The notes: generated from the letters alone by a model not told the origin. DNA of 64,000 nt from Candidatus Cloacimonadales bacterium (GCA_963662585.1 OY759729.1:1664001-1728000), one strand, 5' to 3'; positions 48,897 through 60,257 are shown, counted from the first letter of the stretch. Numbers and translations: made by a program.

Positions 48897-50486
48897 CTAA
48901 ATACTTTTAAAATATAAATTTTCCTTGTTTTCTAATATTTCAACAAATTCAATAATAGTTTTAGCGTAAATATATAAATTTTTTGTATCCTTAATATAAC
49001 TAATTTGCCTTATTGAATCTGGATAAAAAGTCGGTGCAACGAAATAACAAATTGAATTTTTGAAGCTCTTTAGGTACTCTTCAAGATGTCTTTCTATTGG
49101 CCATACTTCTTGAACAGTCTGAATCCGTCCTTGTGACATGGTAACTTCTATCAAAACTCCATTATTATTCTCAACACACTCTATATCGCCCTGATTATTT
49201 TTCCCTGAAGCAGTTGAAGTAGGAATTCCTTCATCATCACAGGGATAATTAGGTTTTACATGAATTGAGGGAAATTTGGATTTTATCGCAATTGCAATTA
49301 GGAATTCAAGCCTTACTGGATGAGATAAGTACTTTAATATTGGGTCTTTGCTTGCTTGTTTATGAGTAAGATTTGATAACTCTTTTTTTATTATTTTGAA
49401 TGGATAATGCTCGGTCCACTTCTGGAGTTTTTTATCATTTTCTATTGCAGAGTTAGTACTGGAAGTAATCTTATGTAGACTTACTTCAGTTTTAGCCATA
49501 TAATCAAAATATTTTTTTTCGTCATTAAATATATTATAGTTTGAATAGTTGTTAATTATGTAATCAATTCTGCGAATCTCATTTTTATTTAAATCAATAA
49601 ATCTACCTCCACCCCGCAAAGTTATAAGACCTGTTAATCTCATTTTTCTTATAAATTCATCAGGATATTCACTCATGATAGTGTTGTCTTTAAATTTTTT
49701 AAATTCTCCTTGCATTATAGTATTTTTGCAATGATTAATTATTACTTCCCACGAGGGTTTATAACTGTATTTTTCTCGAATACTAATAATTAGCTCATAT
49801 AATTCTTGAAAATTATTATTTTTCCAAAATATTAATAAAGGTACTTCTAATTTCGTTAAACCTTTCTGATTGTATTTTTTGTTATTATTTATTAATTTAA
49901 TTAGATTGAGTAATAAAATTAATGGAACATTGTCATTAAGAACTCTAATAAATGGATTTTTTCTTTGGTATTTTACCATAGCGTTTAGAAATACATACTG
50001 TTGAATGCTTGAATCAATATCTGATATTATTACTGATTGATTCTCACTAACATCTATTTTCACAGAAGTTGCTAGTTTTATACCTATCTCCGAGAACTTT
50101 ATTTTCTCATTTATTCTGTAATAAACTAAACCTAATTCTCTACTAAAATTATACCAAGTAGCAAATCTAGAAGACCAACCTTTATCAAAACCTGCCTCTT
50201 TGTGCTGTTGAGGATTCTTTTCAATCAAAAAATTTATTTCAGTTTCATTTATCAGCTTTTCATAACCATTGTTATTCCTTGTATTCCATTTGCTTCTAAT
50301 AGACTCTGTCTTATTATTTGGTTTATATAAACCATACTTAAGTAAGATTTTAACAATATCTATTATTATTTCATTTGTTAGTACTTTATTATTATATTCC
50401 AACAAGATATTTAAAAATATTTTCAACCTTTCGGGGTTGCGCATTGTAGTTGTAAATAATAGTGGTTTATATTTTAGATTTTTCAT
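48897..50486 (-). CDS. AlwI-family type II restriction endonuclease
   Basis: KPLLFTTTMRNPER N-terminus; PTSTASG...GDIEC...LIEVT PD-(D/E)xK-like region; follows two methylases. Confidence 0.8.
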   Translation of the reverse strand: MKNLKYKPLLFTTTMRNPERLKIFLNILLEYNNKVLTNEIIIDIVKILLKYGLYKPNNKTESIRSKWNTRNNNGYEKLINETEINFLIEKNPQQHKEAGFDKGWSSRFATWYNFSRELGLVYYRINEKIKFSEIGIKLATSVKIDVSENQSVIISDIDSSIQQYVFLNAMVKYQRKNPFIRVLNDNVPLILLLNLIKLINNNKKYNQKGLTKLEVPLLIFWKNNNFQELYELIISIREKYSYKPSWEVIINHCKNTIMQGEFKKFKDNTIMSEYPDEFIRKMRLTGLITLRGGGRFIDLNKNEIRRIDYIINNYSNYNIFNDEKKYFDYMAKTEVSLHKITSSTNSAIENDKKLQKWTEHYPFKIIKKELSNLTHKQASKDPILKYLSHPVRLEFLIAIAIKSKFPSIHVKPNYPCDDEGIPTSTASGKNNQGDIECVENNNGVLIEVTMSQGRIQTVQEVWPIERHLEEYLKSFKNSICYFVAPTFYPDSIRQISYIKDTKNLYIYAKTIIEFVEILENKENLYFKSI

Positions 50487-50494
50487 CAATGCTC

Positions 50495-51394
50495 CTAATA
50501 ATTAATAACTAAAACTTCTCTAAAGTTCTTTTTAGTGTTATCATGATAACTTATATAATTACTCTTAATCTCAATAACTTTATATTTTTTCATCCAATTG
50601 ATAAAAATTTGATTCTCATTATTTTTATAATTTGTAACATTTGAAATAGCAAATTTAATATTTTCACCATTTAACTTATCTAGGGTATCCAAAAGTAATT
50701 TTTCTTTTTTTTCATTCCATATTTTATTGTACTCACTTGATGTTATTAAATACGGAGGATCACAATAAATAAAATCATCAGAAGTATAATTATTACCTCT
50801 TATAAACTCGTGAAAATCAAGATTATGCAACATGATATCTTTATCCTTTACATAAGAGAAATAGTAGTTTAGTGCATTAAGAACATTTGAGTTAAAGTCT
50901 ACATTTCCAACAGGGAGATTAAAATCACCTTTTCGATTAAATCTTATCATCCTATTAAATCCATAAATAATCAATAAATACAATAGAAGAGGAGATTTAC
51001 TATTTTGATAATCAGATTTTAATTTATTATAAGCGACCTTATTATAATGGGCATAATATGTTTTTTTGTACTTTTGCTTAAGTGCATAAGGTACAGAATC
51101 TTCCAAACAAGACAAAGATAGTCCATAATTCCGTATTATTGAAAAAGTTCTTTTAAAAAAAGAACTACTGATCGCATTATCAATCAAATATTGATGTAAT
51201 TCATAAACATTTTTATCAATATCATTTAAGGAGTAATGATTTGCTTTGGTATTCAAAAAAACACTTCCCCCGCCAAGAAAGGGTTCATAAAAATTATTTA
51301 TTTCTTTAGGAAAATATCTATGAATACTTTTTAATAATTTATATTTATCTCCAACATAAAAAAAGGGAGACCTATGAAAATCAAACTGGTTCAT
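50495..51394 (-). CDS. Dam-family N6-adenine DNA methyltransferase
   Basis: SPFFYVGDK, YEPFLGGGSV, DPPY, EVLVINY. Confidence 0.9.
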   Translation of the reverse strand: MNQFDFHRSPFFYVGDKYKLLKSIHRYFPKEINNFYEPFLGGGSVFLNTKANHYSLNDIDKNVYELHQYLIDNAISSSFFKRTFSIIRNYGLSLSCLEDSVPYALKQKYKKTYYAHYNKVAYNKLKSDYQNSKSPLLLYLLIIYGFNRMIRFNRKGDFNLPVGNVDFNSNVLNALNYYFSYVKDKDIMLHNLDFHEFIRGNNYTSDDFIYCDPPYLITSSEYNKIWNEKKEKLLLDTLDKLNGENIKFAISNVTNYKNNENQIFINWMKKYKVIEIKSNYISYHDNTKKNFREVLVINY

Positions 51395-52571
51395 TAGTAA
51401 CCTTTGTAACAAATAAATATTCTTTATGATTAGAAAACTCTGTTTTCCCTGTATTAAAAAAACTGTACTCTCTAGAGAATATTTTAGTATTACCTCTACT
51501 TTGAAGAATTAATAAAATCTCATCTAAGGTAATCTTGTTTTTTGATGAATTACTTTTTGAGTTATAAGTATTATTGTAAGAAACAACAATATATTTTGTG
51601 TGTAGATTTTTTATGAGCTCAGTAAATTTAACAGATGCTTTAACCCTACAATAATCACTCATATTTTGAGGTTTTGGTTTTAACGCAGTTCCGAACAGAT
51701 TAGGCTTTTTCCATTCTGTTAGGTTTTCTAATAAATGATAAAATCTGCTATATTGTCTTGAATTATAAGGAGGATCAATATAAATAATATCTGAATATAA
51801 ACTTGAAGAAAGTATATTTGCATCTTCTCTATAAAGTTCTACAGTTTTACTATCAGTAAGTATAGGTCTTATAGGTTTTAGTAAAATTCGTTTTGAAGAA
51901 ATAGCTTTTTTTATATAAGCATCATAATGACCAACTGTATTAGCTACTTTATCCAAAGAATAGATTAAAGAAGCAATTAAAATATAGTACTCCTTAGAAG
52001 ATAATTCACTTTTCTTTTCTTCTATATCTTCTCTTATATATCCGATTAATTTAGCATTATTATTATTAAAGTACTTATCTCCAAAATTCTGAGAGAAGTA
52101 GTTATCCTTTATATCATTAATTTTTAGATTATTATAATCATTGATAATATCAATTATTTTTTGATCATTATACTCGCCTTCTCCCAAAAAAGCCTTATAT
52201 ATAAAGTAGTTTGAATGAAGAAAATCATTGAATATAACCTTTTTAAAAATACTTAATGCCGTAGAACCAACAATTCCAGTCCCTGAAAAAATATCAGTAA
52301 AACTATCACCATGACATTCTGATTGTATAATTGAAAATATCCAATCAATTAATTTCTGCTTACTTCCAATGTATCTTCTATTATTTATATTAAACCGATT
52401 CTCTTCATCCATATATATATATTGATTTAACTTAGAGCTTGAAATATTTACTTCTAAATATTTCTTCTCTAGAACATCAAATATGGTTAACTGATTATCT
52501 GTCTTTTCACATAAAATATAATCCTCATCTACTTCTACATAAGGAATTGATTTATAATAATGTTGCTTCAT
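51381..52571 (-). CDS. N6-adenine DNA methyltransferase (D12/FokI-like)
   Basis: RRYIGSK, DIFSGTG, YIDPPYNSRQY. Confidence 0.9.
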   Translation of the reverse strand: MKQHYYKSIPYVEVDEDYILCEKTDNQLTIFDVLEKKYLEVNISSSKLNQYIYMDEENRFNINNRRYIGSKQKLIDWIFSIIQSECHGDSFTDIFSGTGIVGSTALSIFKKVIFNDFLHSNYFIYKAFLGEGEYNDQKIIDIINDYNNLKINDIKDNYFSQNFGDKYFNNNNAKLIGYIREDIEEKKSELSSKEYYILIASLIYSLDKVANTVGHYDAYIKKAISSKRILLKPIRPILTDSKTVELYREDANILSSSLYSDIIYIDPPYNSRQYSRFYHLLENLTEWKKPNLFGTALKPKPQNMSDYCRVKASVKFTELIKNLHTKYIVVSYNNTYNSKSNSSKNKITLDEILLILQSRGNTKIFSREYSFFNTGKTEFSNHKEYLFVTKVTNEPV

Positions 52572-52682
52572 TTTACTCCATATCTAAACTACTATTTTAT
52601 TTTATATATTTAATTTTAGTAACACTGAATTATTGTCAAGAAATTACACCTAAGAAAATTATTCCACATAGTATTTACTATG

Positions 52683-52785
52683 CTTCTTCTCCCCTCCTCC
52701 TTCTTTCAAATCTAAAATATTGTTTGAAGTATTTTTGAATTGATTAAGAAGAAGCAAGGGACGAGAATAGGTAAACAAGTAGATA
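52683..52785 (-). repeat. dispersed ~115-bp repeat, copy C
   Basis: Aligns with copy A (core ATCTaAAATATTgtTTGAAgTaTtTTtgAATTGAT, 27/35 identical). Confidence 0.5.
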
Positions 52786-52809
52786 GACGGTTTAAGTAAG
52801 CTACAATTA

Positions 52810-53739
52810 TCAAGTTTTGATTTTTAGAGTATTTTTAAAATGAAGCTTGGCAAGCTCTTCTAGCTTTTCTTCTCCAAATTTTTCTACAATCTGGCGTCCG
52901 ATAGTAATAGTCCTCTCTCCCCCGCCTTTAGGAATTGTAATCCCGTAGACTTTTGAGTAATACTCAATTCCGGCATTGAATTTTGCTCGAGCTAAAATAG
53001 ATGCAGTAGCCACAGCAATATCTCTCTCTCCTTGATGAGCCTGAAGAACATCGCAAGAATCGATTTTTTCAGAATTAAGATAGTATTCAACTAATCCTTG
53101 CTTAGTAAATCTATCCACAAAAATTCCTTCTGGGTTAAATTTTCGAGCTAAAGTAGCTATCACTTTTGAGTGACACCAGGCTAAAAGATGATTTAGGTTC
53201 TTCTTGTTTGCAGTGAAGTTTTTATATAATTCATTATACTTCTTAGGAACTAAGGTAATAACTTGATATTGATTAGGAAACCTCTCCATTATTTTATCAG
53301 CCAAAATGTTAATTTGAGCATCTTGCAATTGTTTACTGTCTTTAACTCCTAATCTCTGTAAGGCAAGAACATCTTGCTCTCTACAGTAGAAAGCAGCAGT
53401 TACTAAAGGCCCAAAATAATCCCCTTTCCCTGATTCATCACTTCCAATCCAGTGTTTCCAGTTGTGTAATTCTAAAATCTCAGGTGTGCTATTATGCTTT
53501 TGACATTGAATAACAACTTCATTCAAACAACTATTTATAAAGTTCTCTTTATTTGATGTAGTAAAAGATACTCTATCTTTATTAGCACTATAATAGATAT
53601 TAACCTTACTCTTCTCATTTCCTAAAGAATACTCTAATTGCACCCCATAAGGAATCTCTTTCTGAGATAATAAGGATAAATTATTCTTCAGCGCAATGCT
53701 TTTAAAACTACTTAAAGTATCAGATAATTTTTGATTCAT
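52810..53739 (-). CDS. rnhC: ribonuclease HIII
   Basis: IGSDESGKGDYFGP, GVKDSK, VATASILAR, AKLHFKN, plus an N-terminal extension. Confidence 0.93.
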   Translation of the reverse strand: MNQKLSDTLSSFKSIALKNNLSLLSQKEIPYGVQLEYSLGNEKSKVNIYYSANKDRVSFTTSNKENFINSCLNEVVIQCQKHNSTPEILELHNWKHWIGSDESGKGDYFGPLVTAAFYCREQDVLALQRLGVKDSKQLQDAQINILADKIMERFPNQYQVITLVPKKYNELYKNFTANKKNLNHLLAWCHSKVIATLARKFNPEGIFVDRFTKQGLVEYYLNSEKIDSCDVLQAHQGERDIAVATASILARAKFNAGIEYYSKVYGITIPKGGGERTITIGRQIVEKFGEEKLEELAKLHFKNTLKIKT

Positions 53740-53904
53740 ATTTTATATTCCTTGAGGAAATAATTATTTATCAGGGAATTTCGTCAATAAATCAAATAAA
53801 AAATTGCGACAAATAAATAAAAGGGGGGAATTACCAAGAGATATTTAACAAATAATTTGACTAAATTATTGATGTTGATTATATTGCTATTGAGGTGGTT
53901 GAAT

Positions 53905-54345
53905 ATGAAAAAAGATATTTTTTCTCAATTAAAATCGATTGAAGATGGAATGAATAATTTGTTAGGAGCTATGTCTTCATTAACACATAGCAAATATACT
54001 TTTCAGGATAATTTTGATGAAGTATGGACTCCCAACTGTGATGTTTATATTTCGGATTCTAAACTCAATATCGTTATTGAGTTGGCAGGAGTAAAGAAAG
54101 AATCAGTAGAATTAGTTTTTACTGAGACTTATCTTCTTTTACGAGGAAACAGAGATTTTGATATTCCTTCTAGCAATGTTTGCTTCTACCACATGGAAAT
54201 TGAAACAGGTGCTTTTGAAAGAGCTATATATTTTCCTGAAATAGAATTAGATAAAGAAAATCCTGCTGTGACCTTTACGAATGGGATTTTAAAAATTCAA
54301 TTTAATTTGTTAGAGGAGACTGAGGGAGTTTCTACTTGCGAATAG
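53905..54345 (+). CDS. Hsp20/alpha-crystallin family protein
   Basis: PNCDV, IELAGV, GAFER, NGILKI; ATG 53905. Confidence 0.88.
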   Translation: MKKDIFSQLKSIEDGMNNLLGAMSSLTHSKYTFQDNFDEVWTPNCDVYISDSKLNIVIELAGVKKESVELVFTETYLLLRGNRDFDIPSSNVCFYHMEIETGAFERAIYFPEIELDKENPAVTFTNGILKIQFNLLEETEGVSTCE

Positions 54346-54490
54346 TTTTTTTTCTACTTGACAGAAAATAAAATAGCATATCTTTTGATATAAATCTATA
54401 GTTAATAGATTTTTGGTTTTCTATTAACAATGTTTAATTATTGACAAAATTTAAGTCAAATTAAAAGTATACACAAGGAGATTTAGAGTT

Positions 54491-55645
54491 ATGATGTTAC
54501 CAGATTTTAGCAATAGCTTGCTTAATTTAACCGCTTCAATATGTTTAGCTTATGGACATAAAACTAAATATGAAACATTGCCACATTTAGATAATAACAA
54601 ATTAAAAGATAAGAAAAATATCATTTTATTGGTTGTAGATGGAATGGGCTATAATTTCTTTCAAGAATTTGCTTCTAAACCAAGAATAAAAGATTGTATC
54701 ATATCACCGATAACATCAGTTTTCCCTTCAACAACCGCGGTAGCAATCACATCAATTTTAACAGGCTTATCTCCCCAAGAACACGCCTTAACTGGTTGGT
54801 TCGTCTATCTAAAAGAACTAGGATCTGTTTCTAAAATTCTCCCCCTAACCCCAAGATATTCTAAGCTTATGTATTTTGATAATGAGGTTGATTCAAGCGA
54901 CATCTATGACTTTTCTCCGATAATTAATAATTTTGAAGCTGATAGCTATTTTGTCCATCTGGATAAATATAAAGATGATCATTACCAAAAACTTTTGAGA
55001 GGAAATTCTACTTTTAAGGGATTTAATGACCTAACAGAATTATCTGACCAAATAGCTTCCTCCTTGAATGATAAGAGTGATAATAGGAAATTTATCTATT
55101 CTTACTGGAATGGCCTAGACAGTATTTCGCATTACTACGGATGTCGTTCTAAAGAAGCAATTAATCATTTTGAAGCTATTGAAGCCGAAATTGAGAAAAT
55201 TATCAATTCGATTGATTTGACAGATACAGCCTTAATCATTACCGCTGATCATGGCTTCACAGATGTTCCAGATAGCAATAAATTTAGAGTTAATGATATT
55301 CCTGGCTTGAGAGAATGTTTAATTTTACCATTGATGGGCGAACCACGCAACCCTTACTGTTATTTAAGATTAGGCAAAGAAGAGGAATTTAAAGAAATCT
55401 GGGAAAAACATCTTTCTCCTTACTCTTCTCTCTTTCATATTGACGAAATGATAGAGAATAAAATATTTGGCTTTAATGCTATAAATAGCAAGTTCATTGA
55501 TAGAGTTGGTGATTATTTGATTATGATGAATGATAACTACGCTTTATTAGATAATGTTATGTTAGAAAAAGAGATGGATTTGATAGGATATCATGGTGGC
55601 ACCACCCAAGATGAAATGCTAGTTCCATTAATATATATAGGATAA
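54491..55645 (+). CDS. alkaline phosphatase superfamily / nucleotide pyrophosphatase
   Basis: VVDGMG, SVFPSTT, DSISH, ITADHG, GYHGG, EMLVP. Confidence 0.9.
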   Translation: MMLPDFSNSLLNLTASICLAYGHKTKYETLPHLDNNKLKDKKNIILLVVDGMGYNFFQEFASKPRIKDCIISPITSVFPSTTAVAITSILTGLSPQEHALTGWFVYLKELGSVSKILPLTPRYSKLMYFDNEVDSSDIYDFSPIINNFEADSYFVHLDKYKDDHYQKLLRGNSTFKGFNDLTELSDQIASSLNDKSDNRKFIYSYWNGLDSISHYYGCRSKEAINHFEAIEAEIEKIINSIDLTDTALIITADHGFTDVPDSNKFRVNDIPGLRECLILPLMGEPRNPYCYLRLGKEEEFKEIWEKHLSPYSSLFHIDEMIENKIFGFNAINSKFIDRVGDYLIMMNDNYALLDNVMLEKEMDLIGYHGGTTQDEMLVPLIYIG

Positions 55646-55647
55646 TT

Positions 55648-56115
55648 ATGAATAAAATCTTACTTGTACTGATTTCTTTGATTTTCTTGTTTGGGTGTAC
55701 TCCTGAAAAAAAAGATAATGAATTAGAAAAGGATAGTCTTAAGCTTGCAGAAACGATTAAAGACACTCTTAAGGAAACTATTAAAAAGACTAGGGCTGTA
55801 TATTATGAACCCTTAGATGACACTATTTATTTTGATTTTGATTTTGAAATGGAAAATGCCAAGGAATATGAAAAGTATTTTATCATTTCTAGCTATAACT
55901 CTTACGATTATGATGAAAAACTACAGGCAGAATTAAAGCGATGGAAAGAACTTGAACCTGATAGTTACTTAGAGACTTACGGTACAGGAGCAGTAAGAAA
56001 GTACTATATCTCTCTAGGAAAGTTTAAAACTAGATTGGAAGTTATCCCTATTTTCCAGGATCTTCAAAAAAAGTATCCTAATGAAAGAATTAACTTCTTT
56101 TCAATAGCTCAATAA
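55648..56115 (+). CDS. lipoprotein, possible SPOR-like C-terminus
   Basis: LFGC lipobox; YYISLGKFKT. Confidence 0.6.
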   Translation: MNKILLVLISLIFLFGCTPEKKDNELEKDSLKLAETIKDTLKETIKKTRAVYYEPLDDTIYFDFDFEMENAKEYEKYFIISSYNSYDYDEKLQAELKRWKELEPDSYLETYGTGAVRKYYISLGKFKTRLEVIPIFQDLQKKYPNERINFFSIAQ

Positions 56116-56355
56116 TTACCCTGAGAGGATAATTTTACCAATAATTAGATATATATTAAAATCCAAAACTTTTAAAAGCCTATTGTAACCACAAATTACA
56201 AGAATTTATAATGACAAACATTAGATGAATTTTTAAAAGCTTGCTAAAATAACCAAATAATTTATTGAAATCCAGACCTTTTTATTATGATTTCAGTAGC
56301 AAATTAATGCATTTGAGCTTTACTTATGGTAATATTCGCAAGCATTTATGATTAG

Positions 56356-56371
56356 TGGTTAAGAAATTGCA
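56356..56371 (+). promoter_or_regulatory. putative sigma54 promoter of the C25 peptidase
   Basis: TGGTTAAGAAATTGCA (GG-N10-GC), ~60 nt upstream of the ATG. Confidence 0.55.
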
Positions 56372-56433
56372 TTGTATTCTTAATGAGAGAGAGTTTAATA
56401 AACATAATTATATAAAAAAAATGAGGAGAAAAC

Positions 56434-59400
56434 ATGAAGAAACTTATTTTATTAGTTTCACTGATTATGTCACTTACTTTGGTAATGGCAAGTCAAGAAA
56501 ACTTAATGGATTTACACCAAAACAGCATCATTCTACAAAATAGTAATGATTATGGTGTAGACATTAGCTATGACCTAGGAACAATTGAAATCACAAACAA
56601 CGATACTAGAGGTGGAACATACAATCAAATTTCCGCTGATGAGTATTCTTTAACTAATGATGAGGGGTTACCACAACTTCCTTATAGTCAAAAAATAATT
56701 TCAGTTCCACTCGGAGCTAGCGTTGAGGCAACTATTGAAGTTAAATCATCAAGCTCAGTTAATTTATTAACCAGAGGCTACAACAATAAAATTATCCCTG
56801 CTCAAGCATCTGTAGCAAAATGTGATAATGTTGAAGATATGCCTTTTGTTGTTAACCAAGAAGTTTATAATGCAAATAAATCATTCAAATACGAGCCAGT
56901 TACTGTTGAAGAAATTGGTATTCTTAGAGGAATGAGACTTTTTGCAGTTAATTTCTATCCAGTAGAATATAATCCTGTTTCAGGTGAATTAAGAGTAATT
57001 AATAGTGCTGATGTAGAAATTCAATTCATTAATGGTGATATTTTTGCTACCGAAGAATTAAAAGCAAAAACTCGCTCATTCATGTTTGAAGGTATCTATT
57101 CTCAGAATATCTTTAACTACTACCCATCAAGAATGTCTTTAGAAAATTACCCTTTAGGCTATTTAATTATCACTCCTAACCAGTTTGTTGATACTCTTGA
57201 ACCTTTCATCACTTGGAAAAGAGAACAAGGTTATGATGTAACTTTAGGTATCACTGAAACTATTGGTTCTTCAACAACTGCTATCAAAAACTATATTCAA
57301 GCTTTATGGGACGCTGCTACTACTGAAGCCCCTGCTCCTTCTTATCTCTTAATTGTGGGTGATACACCTCAAGTTCCAGCCTACACAGGGACAACTGATT
57401 CTGGCCATGTTACCGATCTTCCTTATGTAAGATTAAACGGTACAGATTTCCTTCCTGAAATGTATTATGGAAGATTCTCAGCTAATAATATCAATGAACT
57501 AACTCCACAAATTAATAAAACTTTAATGTATGAAAAATATGAAATGCCTGATCCTTCTTACTTAGAAAGAATGACTCTAATTGCAGGTGTTGACGGTTCT
57601 TGGGCTCCAACTCATGGTAACGGAACATTAAATTATGGTAGCACAAACTACTTTAATGAGGCCCATGATTTAGATGTAACAACTTATCCTTACCCTCAAT
57701 CAGGTTCTAGCGCATCTGCTATAGTTGCTGATGTTAGTGCTGGTTTAGGTTACTTAAACTATACAGCTCATGGTTCTGAAACTTCTTGGTCAGACCCTTC
57801 TTTCACTATCAGTAATATTAATAGCTTAACCAACGCTAATGAATACCCTGTTGTAGTTGGTAACTGCTGTTTAACTAACCACTTCAACACCGGAACATGT
57901 TTTGGTGAAGCATGGTTAAGAGCTTCTAATGGTGCTGTTATCTACATCGGTGGAACTAATTCTACTTATTGGGACGAAGATTACTGGTGGTCAGTAGGTC
58001 ACTTTACTCCTACTTCTACTGCTAACCCTACCTATGCAGGAACAGGTTACGGTATGTTTGATGCCCTTTTCCATGAACACAATGAAGCTTTTACTGATTG
58101 GGCACACACTGCTGGTTCAATGGTTGTTACAGGTAATATGACTGTTCAAGGTTCTGCATCAACTAGAAAAAACTACTACTGGGAAATTTACTCAATTATG
58201 GGTGACCCTTCCTTAATGCCTTATGTTGGAATTCCTGAAGCTCAAACTGTAGATTATCAAGAAACTCTCTTAGTTGGTATGGACTCATTCAATGTTTCTG
58301 CTGCTCCATATTCTTATGCAGCTCTTTCAAATAATGGTCAGCTTTTAGGTACTGTTTTAACAGATGGTTCAGGAAATGGAACTATCAATTTTGAAGCTAT
58401 TAGTATTCCTGGTAATGTTAAATTAGTTATTTCTCACACAGATTACCAACCTTTCGTAGCTGAAATTGAAGTTATTCCTGCTGAAGGTCCATTCTTAGTA
58501 ATCAATAACCAACAGATTACAGGTTTTGTAGCTGCTGGACAAAATATTAATATCGCTCTTAATATCGGTAATGTAGGTGTTGAAGCTGTTTCTAATGTTA
58601 CAGCAACTCTTACTAATACTGATAATAATGCTACTATCGTTAACGGTTCAGCAACAATCGCTAACCTAGGCGCTGAATCAAACGCAGATTTATCTTCTGC
58701 TTTTGAAATTACTCTGGCTGACGGAATCAACAATGGCCAAGTTATAGCTCTCCACTTAGTTTTAGCAACTACTGATGAAACATGGGAATATGACATCAAT
58801 CTTAACGCTGTTGCTCCTGAATTAGTTGTTACTAGCATCTCTGTTGATGATAATGATAATAACTTATTAGATCCTAATGAAACAGTTGATCTTGTAATCA
58901 ATTATCAAAATACAGGTTCTTTTATTGCTAATAACACAATAGTTAACCTAATTTCTTCTACAGCTGGAATTACTGTTCTTTCAAATAATATTGAATTAGG
59001 TAATATTGCTGAAAATGCTACAGGTCAATTTACTGTATCAGTTCAGACTTCTGCTTATATGGAAACAGGTACTGTAGCAAACTTCACAACAAACTTTACT
59101 AGTGAACATAATGTTATCTCAACCGATACATTTGCTCTTTCAGTAGGCTTGTTATTTGAAGATTTCGAATCAGGTGACTTCTCTTCTGATTTCAACTGGA
59201 ATACTCCTGGTTGGTCTGTAATTGAAAATGAGGCTCACGAAGGAACTCACTCAGCTAAATCTAATACTATTAATCATAATCAGTCTGCAACAATGACAGT
59301 TCAAATGAATGATGTTTCAGCTGGACAAATCAGTTTCTGGATAAAAGTATCTTCAGAAAGTGGTTATGATGAGTTAGTATTCTCTATTGATAATGCTGCT

Positions 59401-60201
59401 CAAGCTGATTGGAGTGGTACAGTAGATTGGCAAGAAGTTAGCTTTGATGTAACTGATGGAGACCATACATTCAAATGGGAATATAGCAAAGACATTAGTG
59501 TTAGCTCAGGTAGCGATTGTGCTTGGGTTGATTATATAGTATTCCCTACTGCTGCTTCTCAAATAGGTGATCCTGCTATTGCCGTTAACATGACTTCACA
59601 TGACTTTGGTAGTGTTGCCTCAGGTGAAGCTCAATTTACTATCTCTAACAATGGAGAAGGTATTCTTGCAGGCCAAATCTCAGTAGATGCAGAAAGCGTA
59701 TTCTCACTCGCTTTAGACGGCCAAGAAGCTACTAACCAACTTAACTACTCACTTGATCCAGACCAAAACTTAGAAGTTACTGTTTACTTTACACCTATTG
59801 CAAATGTAGAATATTCTGATAATATTATCATTACTTCAAATGATCCTGAAAATCAGCAATTAGTAGTAGCTGTTAACGGAATCGGTACAGGTGTACCTAA
59901 TGTAGACGATAATTTAATTCCTCAGCTTACTGAACTTAAAGGAAACTATCCAAATCCATTTAACCCTCAAACTGCTATAAGTTATGCAATTAAAGAAGAT
60001 GGAAAAGTTTCTCTTAATATTTATAATTTAAAAGGACAGCTTGTTAAAACCCTTGTTAATGAACAAGTTAAAGCTGGTTACCATAGAATAGTATGGAATG
60101 GTACAGATAATTTTGGAACAGATGTTGCAACAGGTATATACTTGTATCGTCTAGAAACCAAAACATATAACCAAACCAAAAAGATGATGCTGATGAAATA
60201 A
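56434..60201 (+). CDS. gingipain-family (C25) cysteine peptidase with propeptide, Ig-like domains and C-terminal sorting domain
   Basis: Signal peptide; YLLIVGD, GRFSA, NYTAHG (catalytic His), GNCC (catalytic Cys), CFGEAW, GDPSL; GNYPNPFNP...TKKMMLMK. Confidence 0.92.
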   Translation: MKKLILLVSLIMSLTLVMASQENLMDLHQNSIILQNSNDYGVDISYDLGTIEITNNDTRGGTYNQISADEYSLTNDEGLPQLPYSQKIISVPLGASVEATIEVKSSSSVNLLTRGYNNKIIPAQASVAKCDNVEDMPFVVNQEVYNANKSFKYEPVTVEEIGILRGMRLFAVNFYPVEYNPVSGELRVINSADVEIQFINGDIFATEELKAKTRSFMFEGIYSQNIFNYYPSRMSLENYPLGYLIITPNQFVDTLEPFITWKREQGYDVTLGITETIGSSTTAIKNYIQALWDAATTEAPAPSYLLIVGDTPQVPAYTGTTDSGHVTDLPYVRLNGTDFLPEMYYGRFSANNINELTPQINKTLMYEKYEMPDPSYLERMTLIAGVDGSWAPTHGNGTLNYGSTNYFNEAHDLDVTTYPYPQSGSSASAIVADVSAGLGYLNYTAHGSETSWSDPSFTISNINSLTNANEYPVVVGNCCLTNHFNTGTCFGEAWLRASNGAVIYIGGTNSTYWDEDYWWSVGHFTPTSTANPTYAGTGYGMFDALFHEHNEAFTDWAHTAGSMVVTGNMTVQGSASTRKNYYWEIYSIMGDPSLMPYVGIPEAQTVDYQETLLVGMDSFNVSAAPYSYAALSNNGQLLGTVLTDGSGNGTINFEAISIPGNVKLVISHTDYQPFVAEIEVIPAEGPFLVINNQQITGFVAAGQNINIALNIGNVGVEAVSNVTATLTNTDNNATIVNGSATIANLGAESNADLSSAFEITLADGINNGQVIALHLVLATTDETWEYDINLNAVAPELVVTSISVDDNDNNLLDPNETVDLVINYQNTGSFIANNTIVNLISSTAGITVLSNNIELGNIAENATGQFTVSVQTSAYMETGTVANFTTNFTSEHNVISTDTFALSVGLLFEDFESGDFSSDFNWNTPGWSVIENEAHEGTHSAKSNTINHNQSATMTVQMNDVSAGQISFWIKVSSESGYDELVFSIDNAAQADWSGTVDWQEVSFDVTDGDHTFKWEYSKDISVSSGSDCAWVDYIVFPTAASQIGDPAIAVNMTSHDFGSVASGEAQFTISNNGEGILAGQISVDAESVFSLALDGQEATNQLNYSLDPDQNLEVTVYFTPIANVEYSDNIIITSNDPENQQLVVAVNGIGTGVPNVDDNLIPQLTELKGNYPNPFNPQTAISYAIKEDGKVSLNIYNLKGQLVKTLVNEQVKAGYHRIVWNGTDNFGTDVATGIYLYRLETKTYNQTKKMMLMK
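60114..60129 (+). promoter_or_regulatory. sigma54-like motif inside the C25 gene 3' end
   Basis: TGGAACAGATGTTGCA (GG-N10-GC), ~15 nt before the duplicated segment. Confidence 0.45.
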
Positions 60202-60257
60202 CCTCCTTGTATGCTAGCAGAAAAAGGTTGGGCTCCCCGCCCAACCTTTCTGCATTT
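60144..60257 (+). repeat. copy 1 of 114-bp direct repeat (last 18 codons, stop and terminator of the C25 gene)
   Basis: 112/114 identical to 60645-60758. Confidence 0.95.
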
